Below are positions 11,844-18,717 of a stretch of 43,438 nt of DNA, piece by piece (position 1 is the first letter of the stretch; each line of letters opens with the position of its first letter). Origin of the DNA: Patescibacteria group bacterium (GTDB taxonomy: Bacteria; Patescibacteriota; Patescibacteriia; 2-12-FULL-57-11); assembly GCA_004297205.1 (NCBI GenBank), contig SCUL01000002.1, forward strand, positions 143,156 to 186,593, read 5' to 3'. The translations under genes and the position numbers were made by a program. The notes beneath the pieces were generated by a model, which was not told where the DNA came from, searched no databases, and saw only the letters and a program-made list of their open reading frames with translations.

Positions 11844-11869
11844 CGATTCGTCACAAAACGGAGGTGCAG

Positions 11870-12463
11870 GTGACGCTACTGGATATGAATCACAAGGAGC
11901 TGGCCCGCCAGCTCATGGGCGCACAGCTGATCGTCGGCGGCGTGGCCGCGACGATTCTGGAGGCGCAGGGGTACTCCCGCAAGGAGAACAGCGATCCGCT
12001 CTACCGGCCGCTGCTTGCGCTCCCCCCGGGCAGCGTCTACTGCCCGCGGCGTCGGAACGCGATCCTGACCCTGATCGCCTGCCGCGACGGCGGCGAACCG
12101 GGCGGCTGCATCCTGCTCCGGACGATCGAGGTGGATGGCGCGGTCGTGCAGGGGCCGGGCCGGGTCTCCGAGGCGCTCGGGATCACGACGCACGCCCAAC
12201 AGGGCACGCTCGTCCCGCACGGGGACGACGTCATCGAGCTGCAGCTCGGCGCAGGTACGAAGGCGCCGTCGGTGCCCATGCCGCCCCCGGGCGGCCGCGG
12301 CATCGGCGACGAGACGGTCAAGCGGCTGATGCCGCTGATCGTCAAGGCGTACATGAAGAGCGGCAAAGGCGTCTCGTTCCAGGCCTATCTGAACAAGACC
12401 CTCGCGGAGTGCCCAACGGAGCGCGATCTCCGCAGGCGCCTGCGCGAACAGACGCAGGGCTGA
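11870..12463 (+). CDS. Divergent 3-methyladenine DNA glycosylase (AAG/MPG family) homologue, probably catalytically altered, with C-terminal helical extension
   Basis: ELARQLMGAQL, ILEAQGY (cf. IVETEAY), PPGSVY, CILLRTIE, GPGRVSEALGIT; GTG start 4 nt after GGAGGT. Confidence 0.75.
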   Translation: MTLLDMNHKELARQLMGAQLIVGGVAATILEAQGYSRKENSDPLYRPLLALPPGSVYCPRRRNAILTLIACRDGGEPGGCILLRTIEVDGAVVQGPGRVSEALGITTHAQQGTLVPHGDDVIELQLGAGTKAPSVPMPPPGGRGIGDETVKRLMPLIVKAYMKSGKGVSFQAYLNKTLAECPTERDLRRRLREQTQG

Positions 12464-12495
12464 ACGCAGTCGGTCACGACTCGCGTTCTTTTTTT
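12462..12495 (+). terminator. Intrinsic terminator
   Basis: gaacgc-agtcg-gtca-cgact-c-gcgttc followed by a T7 tract. Confidence 0.7.
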
Positions 12496-13840
12496 AAATC
12501 TCGTACGTCTCCCCCGGCGCGGCGGGAGTGACCGGAAGCATCAGGTCCTGGGCCACGCGCTGGGAGAAGCTGTCGGCCACGGGACGGTCGGCGTGGGAGA
12601 CGTAGACGTGCTTGGGCATGCCGCCGCGCAACCATTCCAAAAGCTTGTCCTGGTCGGCGTGGGCGCTGTAGGCGCCGATGGCCACGACGCGGCAGCGGAC
12701 GCGGATCTTGTCGCCGTGGATGCGCACCACGCTCTCGCCGTCGTAGATGCGGCGCCCGAGCGTCCCCGCGGCCTGGTAGCCGATGACCAGCACCGACGAG
12801 TTCTTGTCCGGCAGGACGCGCTTCAAGTGGTGCAGGATGCGGCCGCCGTTCATCATGCCGCTGCCGGCGATGATGATCTTGGGTTGCGGCGCGTCATTGA
12901 CGCGCTTGGACTCCTCGCGGCTCGGCGTCATGGTCAGCCCCGGAAACTTGAAGAAGTCGTCGCCGCAATCCACGATGCAGGCCGCCTTGCGGTTGAAATA
13001 GGTCTCGTTGCGGCGGAAGACTTCCGTGGCTTTGATGGCCAGCGGCGAATCCAGAAAAACCGGAATCCGCGGGATGTGGTTGTGCTCGACCAGATGGTTC
13101 AGCTCGTAGAGCAGCTCCTGGGTGCGTTCGAGCGCAAAGGCCGGGATGAGCACCGTCCCGCCCAGCTTCACGGTTTCCAAAATGACGCGCTGCAGTTTCT
13201 CCGAGCGCTCGCGCGGATCTTCGTGCTTGCGGCCGCCGTAGGTCGCCTCGATGACCACCGCATCGGCCGCGGGCAGCCGCTCCGTGGGCCGCATGATCGG
13301 CACGTTGCGGTTGCCGAGGTCGCCGGAAAAGACGACCGACTTCCCGTCGGCCCAGATTTCGACGAAACTCGAGCCGAGAATATGTCCGGCGTCATGGAAC
13401 ACCGCGGTCACGCCCGGCGCGACTTTGGTTTCCTGGCCGTAGGGCACGGTGCGCACCAGGCGCTTGGCTTCCTGCATGGCGGCGCCGTCGTAGAGCGGCT
13501 CCCACTCTTTTTCCCGCTCCCAGTCTTCCTGCATGACGTGGAGCGTGTCTTCCCAGAGCAGCTCCATGAGTTGCGCCGTGGGCGGCGTGGCGTAGACCGG
13601 CGCGGTGCTGCCGAGGTGCGCCAGCACCGGAATGCGCCCCGTGTGGTCGGTGTGGGCGTGCGTCACGATCACGGCATCAAGACCGCGCACGTCGTACGGG
13701 AAGGCTTCGCGGTTGCGCTCGTTGGCGGTGCGCATCCCCTGGAACAGGCCGCAGTCAACCAGGACGCGCGCCTTGGCCGTCTCGATCAGCATCTGGGAGC
13801 CGGTGACCTCGCCGGCCGCGCCGAAGAACGTCAGTTTCAC
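12494..13840 (-). CDS. MBL-fold beta-CASP ribonuclease family protein
   Basis: KLTFFGAAGEVTGS, LVDCGLFQG, HAHTDH, AGHILGS, FSGDLG, SAHAD; GTG start overlaps the upstream TGA (GTGA). Confidence 0.92.
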   Translation of the reverse strand: MKLTFFGAAGEVTGSQMLIETAKARVLVDCGLFQGMRTANERNREAFPYDVRGLDAVIVTHAHTDHTGRIPVLAHLGSTAPVYATPPTAQLMELLWEDTLHVMQEDWEREKEWEPLYDGAAMQEAKRLVRTVPYGQETKVAPGVTAVFHDAGHILGSSFVEIWADGKSVVFSGDLGNRNVPIMRPTERLPAADAVVIEATYGGRKHEDPRERSEKLQRVILETVKLGGTVLIPAFALERTQELLYELNHLVEHNHIPRIPVFLDSPLAIKATEVFRRNETYFNRKAACIVDCGDDFFKFPGLTMTPSREESKRVNDAPQPKIIIAGSGMMNGGRILHHLKRVLPDKNSSVLVIGYQAAGTLGRRIYDGESVVRIHGDKIRVRCRVVAIGAYSAHADQDKLLEWLRGGMPKHVYVSHADRPVADSFSQRVAQDLMLPVTPAAPGETYEI

Positions 13841-14070
13841 ACCGCGCCCTTCTCGGCGCCGCGCTTGTAGTCGGCGTAACGGCTGCGCAGGTCGTCGCGC
13901 AGCTGGGAGATGTTGTCGTCGTCCTCCACTTCGGCCCAATCCACCTTCTCGTTCAGGACCACCTCGACCATGTCATCCCATTGTTCCTGCGAGGTGACGC
14001 CTTCGGCTTCGGCCCGCTCGCGGACCGCGCCGTACAACTCTTCGGGGCTGTATTCGAGATTCTCGACCAT
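13837..14070 (-). CDS. Small acidic hypothetical protein (77 aa)
   Basis: MVENLEYSPEELYGAVRERAEAEG...; translationally coupled to the beta-CASP gene. Confidence 0.7.
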   Translation of the reverse strand: MVENLEYSPEELYGAVRERAEAEGVTSQEQWDDMVEVVLNEKVDWAEVEDDDNISQLRDDLRSRYADYKRGAEKGAV

Positions 14071-14210
14071 AGGGGGTTTAGCGTGAATACGGTCCCATTG
14101 TGGCATGCCCGACGGTCTTGCGGAATCCACAGGCCTTCTTTAGGATGCCGGCGAGCCCCGCCGAACCCTCCAAGCAATGAGTGAGGGAACCGTCGGGGTA
14201 AGGAGGGATC

Positions 14211-14432
14211 GTGCTGCACGTACAGACGGAAAAACGGGGCATCGTGATTCTCAAGCACTTCGGAGCCACCCCCAAACACGTCCGGCTCCTGACCGAGATC
14301 GTCCAGGACGACACGATGAGGAACATGAGCCTGTCCTGCACGGACCACACGGGGCGGGAATTCAGCGTCCCGGCGTTCATGGTGAACGTCGATCCGAAGC
14401 TGATCCGACAGATGAACGTGGACCTGAAGTGA
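14211..14432 (+). CDS. Small hypothetical protein (73 aa)
   Basis: Perfect TAAGGAGG 4 nt before GTG; protein-like composition. Confidence 0.65.
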   Translation: MLHVQTEKRGIVILKHFGATPKHVRLLTEIVQDDTMRNMSLSCTDHTGREFSVPAFMVNVDPKLIRQMNVDLK

Positions 14433-14443
14433 CCGCGGCACCG

Positions 14444-14551
14444 ATGATCGCCGTGGCACGCCGCTTCCGGGCGCAGGCAGCGCTCATCCGTTTCCGCTCC
14501 CAGCGGTTGATCAACCGGCTGCGGATCCGCCACTTCTTCCGTCGCCGCTGA
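14444..14551 (+). CDS. Possible 35-aa Arg-rich peptide
   Basis: MIAVARRFRAQAALIRFRSQRLINRLRIRHFFRRR*, lying between the 73-aa gene and the terminator; no SD. Confidence 0.3.
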   Translation: MIAVARRFRAQAALIRFRSQRLINRLRIRHFFRRR

Positions 14552-14598
14552 GGCGACGGATAACGCAGAAGCCCCGCCGTTCGGGCGGGGCCGCGTGG

Positions 14599-14627
14599 GC
14601 GACACTCCGGTGTCGCTCTCTTTTTTT
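14599..14627 (+). terminator. Intrinsic terminator
   Basis: gcgacac-tccg-gtgtcgc then tctcttttttt; preceded by a second hairpin gccccgcc/ggcggggc. Confidence 0.75.
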
Positions 14628-15054
14628 ACATCATCGCCAAGATGACGCCCATCGCGCACAGCGAGACGAAGTAGTAGCCCGCTTCGATCACGAACAGCAT
14701 CCACGGCTTGCCGCCCCACAGCTGGTCGCCCATTTTGACCGGCGCGACGAAACCCAACCAGCTCCAGAAACCGACCATTAACCCGGCGGACACGCCGACC
14801 GTCTTGGTGTAGGCCGAAGCGAATACCAGGGAGTGCGCCAGCACGTAGGCCATGACGAGCGAACCGATGGACATGAGGAGGTAGCTCTTGACCATCCCCT
14901 TCTTCTTGGCGGCGTCCATCGAATCCTTGGTGAAGCCCATCATCTTCATCCAGGGCTTGCCGAAGATCGGGCCGTACCACAAAAAGCCGAGCACGATGCT
15001 GGCCACGGCAGCGGCCAAAACCGCCACATAATTGATCGGAACGACGACGTCCAT
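14626..15054 (-). CDS. DUF1761-like four-helix membrane protein
   Basis: INYVAVLAAAVASIVLGFLWYGPIFGKPWMKMMG...; four hydrophobic segments. Confidence 0.85.
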   Translation of the reverse strand: MDVVVPINYVAVLAAAVASIVLGFLWYGPIFGKPWMKMMGFTKDSMDAAKKKGMVKSYLLMSIGSLVMAYVLAHSLVFASAYTKTVGVSAGLMVGFWSWLGFVAPVKMGDQLWGGKPWMLFVIEAGYYFVSLCAMGVILAMM

Positions 15055-15079
15055 AGGGTGTGGATGAGTGAACGAGTCG

Positions 15080-15119
15080 AGTATACCACATTGACAAGGG
15101 CCGATTTTTCCGCTATGAC
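15080..15119. promoter_or_regulatory. Overlapping divergent promoters
   Basis: Plus: TTGACA(15091)-N17-TATGAC, 9 nt before ATG 15129. Minus: extended -10 TG-G-TATACT. Confidence 0.55.
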
Positions 15120-15128
15120 AAGAGCAGT

Positions 15129-15854
15129 ATGCGTCTTGCCATTGCCTTGACCACCACGCTGGTCGTCCTGTTTTCGATTGCAGGTGCCGGCATTGTCGGT
15201 GCGCGGCCGCTCTACGCGCCCGCCGCCATCATCACCGCCTTCACCGCGCCCGCTCCGGCCGCGGATGGTTTGCGCGTGGCGGCCGACGTTCCGGTCGTCC
15301 AGGCCGCGACGGCCTCGGTGGACCTGCCGATCGACGGATACGCCGTGCGTCGGACGCTCAAGACGTTCGGCACCTACGTGGACGACGACCGCTTTGTGGG
15401 CTACCACGCCGGCGAAGACGTGGAGTTCGTTTTGGAGAAGGCCGACGTGCCGGTGCACGCCATCGCCGACGGCACGGTGTTGTTCGTCGGCTGGGCTACG
15501 GGCTACGGCGGCCTGATCGTCGTGGCGCATGACGTGGACGGCGAGGACATTTCCGCCATCTACGGGCACGTCAACCTCGGCTCCTCGACGCTCACGGCCG
15601 GAGACCGCGTCGCACGCGGGCAGCTCCTGGCCAACCTGGGCCGGGGATTCAGCAAAGAAACCGACGGCCGCCGCAAGCATCTCCACTTCGGCCTCTATCC
15701 CGGACACGAGCTGCGCACGGCCGGCTATCTCAACGACTCCAAGGAGCTTTCGGACTGGATCGATCCGGCCGCGTTTTTCACGCGCCACGGCATCGCGGTG
15801 CCGGAGCTCGATCTCCCGGCAGTGGTCACGCAGTCCGAACAACCGACGCGTTGA
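15129..15854 (+). CDS. Secreted M23-family metallopeptidase
   Basis: Signal-like N-terminus; HAGED (HxxxD), VHAIADGTV, GYGG, YGH, HLHFG (HxH). Confidence 0.9.
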   Translation: MRLAIALTTTLVVLFSIAGAGIVGARPLYAPAAIITAFTAPAPAADGLRVAADVPVVQAATASVDLPIDGYAVRRTLKTFGTYVDDDRFVGYHAGEDVEFVLEKADVPVHAIADGTVLFVGWATGYGGLIVVAHDVDGEDISAIYGHVNLGSSTLTAGDRVARGQLLANLGRGFSKETDGRRKHLHFGLYPGHELRTAGYLNDSKELSDWIDPAAFFTRHGIAVPELDLPAVVTQSEQPTR

Positions 15855-16800
15855 TCCCCCACTTCGGCGGGAAGAAGAAGTGGATGGGTTCCGGCGCCGC
15901 AACAAAGCGGGCCTTTATTTTTTTGCGGGCGCTGGCCAGTTCCGGCACGGCCACGCGGCAATACTTATCCGTCTCGCAGAACAGGCCTTGCGCGTCGATG
16001 GCCTGGATCGGTCGTCCCCACAAGCCGTGAAACCCCAACCCGAGCCGTTCAAATTCCTGCTGTTGCCGTTCGACCATCCAAAGAATCGCCTCAGCCGGTG
16101 AATGGTCGCCGAGCGAGGTGAAAACTTTTTTCAGGCCGCGCAGCGCACCTGGGCCCGGCTTTGTAAAATCGTTTTCCGAAAAGTTGATGAGGTCCGAATA
16201 ATTCAGGTCGATGGCGATTTGATAGGCCATGAAGTCGCCGATCAGCGGGAAGCTGCGCAGCAGATGGAAGACGGCCGCGAGCGATGGCACCGCCAGCAGC
16301 CGCGCGCCTAAGTTCTGTTTGAGGAACATGTCTTGAAACAGGGCGACGTGGTTGCGGTGCTTCTCATCGAACCCGTAGGCCTTGTTGGCGCACAGGATGA
16401 AGGCGCCGGTGTAGAGGCCGCCGTTCTCACGCTTGGCCGCATCCAGCGCCTTCTCAAACGAGCCGTCGCGCAGGTCGCCGAGCGTCGGCGTGCGGCCGAG
16501 CGTTTTACGTACGCTGTTCCAGGTGTCGATGTCGCTGAAGGTGCGGAAGGCTGTGATCTGAAACAGCCGATCCTCCGGCGTACACGGCTCACCGTGATAG
16601 GCGACCTCGCGGATCAGATATTGCGAAACACGGTCAGCGGCGCGGAATACGTTGCAAAACTTGTAGGTCTGCAAAATCGGATCGTCGGTCCACGGTCCCG
16701 GCTCCCCTGCCACGCGCCGCTCAAAGATGCGCTGCCGCTCGGCAGCGAAGCGCCAGTAGATGTCGAAGACGTTTGGCCGAGGAACTGGCGGAGCCTTCAC
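15826..16800 (-). CDS. aGPT-Pplase1 / 5-hmdU DNA kinase helical domain family protein (putative amino acid:DNA transferase)
   Basis: YWRFAAERQRIFERR..G...PWTDDPIL..YKFCNVFRAADRVSQYLI, YTGAFIL, IGDFMAYQIAIDLNYS, PGPGALRG, AQGLFCETDKYCRV. Confidence 0.8.
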   Translation of the reverse strand: MKAPPVPRPNVFDIYWRFAAERQRIFERRVAGEPGPWTDDPILQTYKFCNVFRAADRVSQYLIREVAYHGEPCTPEDRLFQITAFRTFSDIDTWNSVRKTLGRTPTLGDLRDGSFEKALDAAKRENGGLYTGAFILCANKAYGFDEKHRNHVALFQDMFLKQNLGARLLAVPSLAAVFHLLRSFPLIGDFMAYQIAIDLNYSDLINFSENDFTKPGPGALRGLKKVFTSLGDHSPAEAILWMVERQQQEFERLGLGFHGLWGRPIQAIDAQGLFCETDKYCRVAVPELASARKKIKARFVAAPEPIHFFFPPKWGINASVVRTA

Positions 16801-17378
16801 AGCGTCTTAATGAGTCGCTCCAACGTTCTCAGGTACTCCCGCCGATGAATCTTATGTTCGGCACCCCGACTAACACGCAACGAACTTCTTGGGATACGAG
16901 CGCGTGCATCCTTCGCCCGAACCGCAACCGAAAAGTGCTCCTTGCTCCCGTACACCACATACGTTTTGACGCGAATCCTCGGCGCCATTGCGGCAAACGA
17001 GTAGTCGCTGTCCTTGAAGTGCTTTCGCCACCAACGGATCCACGACGGTTTTAGATTCTTCATGTCCTCCTCGAAGTACGGTGACAGCGAACAGAGGATC
17101 AGCGCCTTCGGCTTGATCTTTGTGGCGCTCAGGAAGGCGATGGTCGCGCCATACGAAAAGCCGAGCACGTACGTCTCCTGCCGTTTTCGTCCGTCATGGT
17201 GCTTCAGGAACTGCCGCACGAAGTCGGTGAACGTCCGGGGCGTCTTCCGGTGCCAGTCGATCAGGACATATCGCGGCGTGATCCCCTGCCGCTCGAAGAA
17301 TCCGCCGATGGCTTTATACCCGCGCTGCCGCAGCGGTGAATGGCCAAAGCCGGGAATGATGTAGGCGATCCTTTCCAT
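16797..17378 (-). CDS. Alpha/beta hydrolase
   Basis: IIPGFG oxyanion region, GFSYG nucleophile elbow, C-terminal GAEH; stop overlaps the next start (GTGA). Confidence 0.8.
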   Translation of the reverse strand: MERIAYIIPGFGHSPLRQRGYKAIGGFFERQGITPRYVLIDWHRKTPRTFTDFVRQFLKHHDGRKRQETYVLGFSYGATIAFLSATKIKPKALILCSLSPYFEEDMKNLKPSWIRWWRKHFKDSDYSFAAMAPRIRVKTYVVYGSKEHFSVAVRAKDARARIPRSSLRVSRGAEHKIHRREYLRTLERLIKTL

Positions 17379-17384
17379 GATCAG

Positions 17385-17421
17385 ATGGTAGCACATCAAA
17401 AGCGCCCGGCGATGCCGGGCG
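17385..17421 (-). promoter_or_regulatory. Terminator hairpin plus extended -10 promoter (near-leaderless start)
   Basis: cgcccggc-gat-gccgggcg followed by ctttt on the minus strand; then TG-C-TACCAT 6 nt before ATG 17378. Confidence 0.5.
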
Positions 17422-17434
17422 GACAGTCACTGAC

Positions 17435-18157
17435 TCAATAGATTCGTTTCCAACGCCTGAAACTTTTAATATCTGCAGTGCTCAAATCGAACCATTCGCC
17501 ATTCATGCGTTTTCCATCAAACCTTCTATGCCAGTATGCCTCAACCCCACTAGGGTCGTCGGTATTAATCGAGTGAATCAAATCGAGACGCTCGGGCAAT
17601 TGAATTCGAATTTCATTTCCGCGGCGTACTGTATCGAATGTCTTACCAATCTTGTAGTACCTGCCCGATTTGAACAAATACACGCTCCCTAGCCTCTCAT
17701 TCAGGTTGCCTTCCGTGGTATCGGCCCGCTTGTCATGTTTTTCAAGAATAGACTGACAAAGACCGATGATATCTTCGTTGCCACCTTCAGTTTTACAAAA
17801 TTTAACTACCCTCCTAACAAGCTCTTCTTTCGATCCAAAACGCATAAAGACTTTCGAACTTGGAAAACCTTCGTCGGTATTTTCTGCCACGCGAAACTCT
17901 TTGAATGTCGGAAACTTCCCCAACTTGGAGGTGAGCTCAATTGCTTTCTTAATCAAGAATTCGTCTGAGTAAGCGGTCTGAAGCCGGTTCGGTGTAAAAC
18001 CTGCCTCCGTTTGCGCCTGGCTAAAGCGGGCCCAATACTTCCCCCATTCATGAGGCTTGATTCCGGTTTCCTTTTCAAATCTGTTCATCCCCAAAGGATT
18101 ACCACCGTTCTGGGTGGCCGTGCGTTTGATTTCCTCCAATATTTCTTGTTTGTTCAT
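17435..18157 (-). CDS. MUG113/T5orf172-type GIY-YIG nuclease with N-terminal helical repeats
   Basis: GSVYLFKSGRYYKIGKT...EAYWHRRFDGKRMNGEWFDL; visibly AT-richer than flanks; start taken at MNKQEIL. Confidence 0.85.
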   Translation of the reverse strand: MNKQEILEEIKRTATQNGGNPLGMNRFEKETGIKPHEWGKYWARFSQAQTEAGFTPNRLQTAYSDEFLIKKAIELTSKLGKFPTFKEFRVAENTDEGFPSSKVFMRFGSKEELVRRVVKFCKTEGGNEDIIGLCQSILEKHDKRADTTEGNLNERLGSVYLFKSGRYYKIGKTFDTVRRGNEIRIQLPERLDLIHSINTDDPSGVEAYWHRRFDGKRMNGEWFDLSTADIKSFRRWKRIY

Positions 18158-18242
18158 ATAAACACGTAACGGCCGGGTCCCTGATCCGCAACTCAAACGA
18201 AGTACCTCTATCACGACTTACCGAGCCAATCCTAACACAAAC

Positions 18243-18271
18243 AAAAAGCCCCCGACAAAAGTCGGTGGCTT
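18243..18271 (-). terminator. Terminator downstream of tRNA-Gln
   Basis: aaagccaccgac-tttt-gtcgggggcttttt on the minus strand, abutting the CCA end. Confidence 0.7.
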
Positions 18272-18345
18272 TGGCTGGGAGACTAGGATTCGAACCTAGA
18301 TAAACAGGGCCAGAACCTGTTGTCCTACCATTAGACGATCTCCCA
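18272..18345 (-). tRNA. tRNA-Gln (anticodon CTG)
   Basis: tgggagatcgtctaatggtaggacaacaggttctggccctgtttatctaggttcgaatcctagtctcccagcca: acceptor tgggaga/tctccca, anticodon arm acagg-ttCTGgc-cctgt, TTCGAAT T-loop, encoded CCA. Confidence 0.97.
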
Positions 18346-18349
18346 ATAA

Positions 18350-18595
18350 TCACGTCATTTCAACGATCTTCCTAAACTCATTCCCACCTTTCAAACTCTT
18401 CAGGTAGTTTTCCCTTTTCCTCGCCTCCGTCCGTGTCGCAAACGATTCGCTCTTCACCAACTCAAGCGGGCGTCGTGATTTGGTTGACGGCACCCCGCCC
18501 TGATTATGAAGCAAGATTCGCGCTTCCAGATTCTCCGTCTGGCCAATGTAGTACCGGAGGTCTACTTGGCTCTTCAGGATATACACGGAATACAT
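18350..18595 (-). CDS. Small GIY-YIG endonuclease (81 aa)
   Basis: YSVYILKS...YYIGQTENLEARILLHNQG..STK.RRPLELV..E.F.TR.EA..RE.YLKS. Confidence 0.9.
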   Translation of the reverse strand: MYSVYILKSQVDLRYYIGQTENLEARILLHNQGGVPSTKSRRPLELVKSESFATRTEARKRENYLKSLKGGNEFRKIVEMT

Positions 18596-18600
18596 ATTGG

Positions 18601-18681
18601 TGTCCTATCCCGCCGCAGCGGGACCCCGCCGACTTTGAAAGTCTGAGAGGGGTGGCGGGGCCATTAGACGATCTCCCAATA
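18601..18681 (-). pseudogene. Duplicated 5' fragment of tRNA-Gln (nt 1-25) interrupted by a 53-nt palindromic insert
   Basis: 18661-18681 is identical to 18328-18348 (21 bp); after the insert (18608-18660) the next tRNA bases taggaca resume at 18607-18601. Confidence 0.85.
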
Positions 18682-18688
18682 CGGCACG

Positions 18689-18717
18689 AGGATAGCAAAG
18701 CCTGGCGAGGGAATCAA
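18689..18717 (-). promoter_or_regulatory. Promoter TTGATT-N17-(TG)cTATCCT upstream of the tRNA fragment
   Basis: Exact 17-nt spacing with extended -10, about 10 nt before the duplicated tRNA 5' end. Confidence 0.6.

Noticed and set aside
6566-12463. Prophage or IS interpretation of the accessory block
   Set aside because: No integrase, transposase, structural genes or flanking att/TSD repeats were found by eye.
18099-18353. 84-aa ORF
   Set aside because: It is the tRNA-Gln sequence read as codons.
18328-18660. Self-splicing tRNA intron with homing endonuclease
   Set aside because: A complete uninterrupted tRNA exists downstream, and no group I/II core or bulge-helix-bulge was recognisable; the layout is a duplication.
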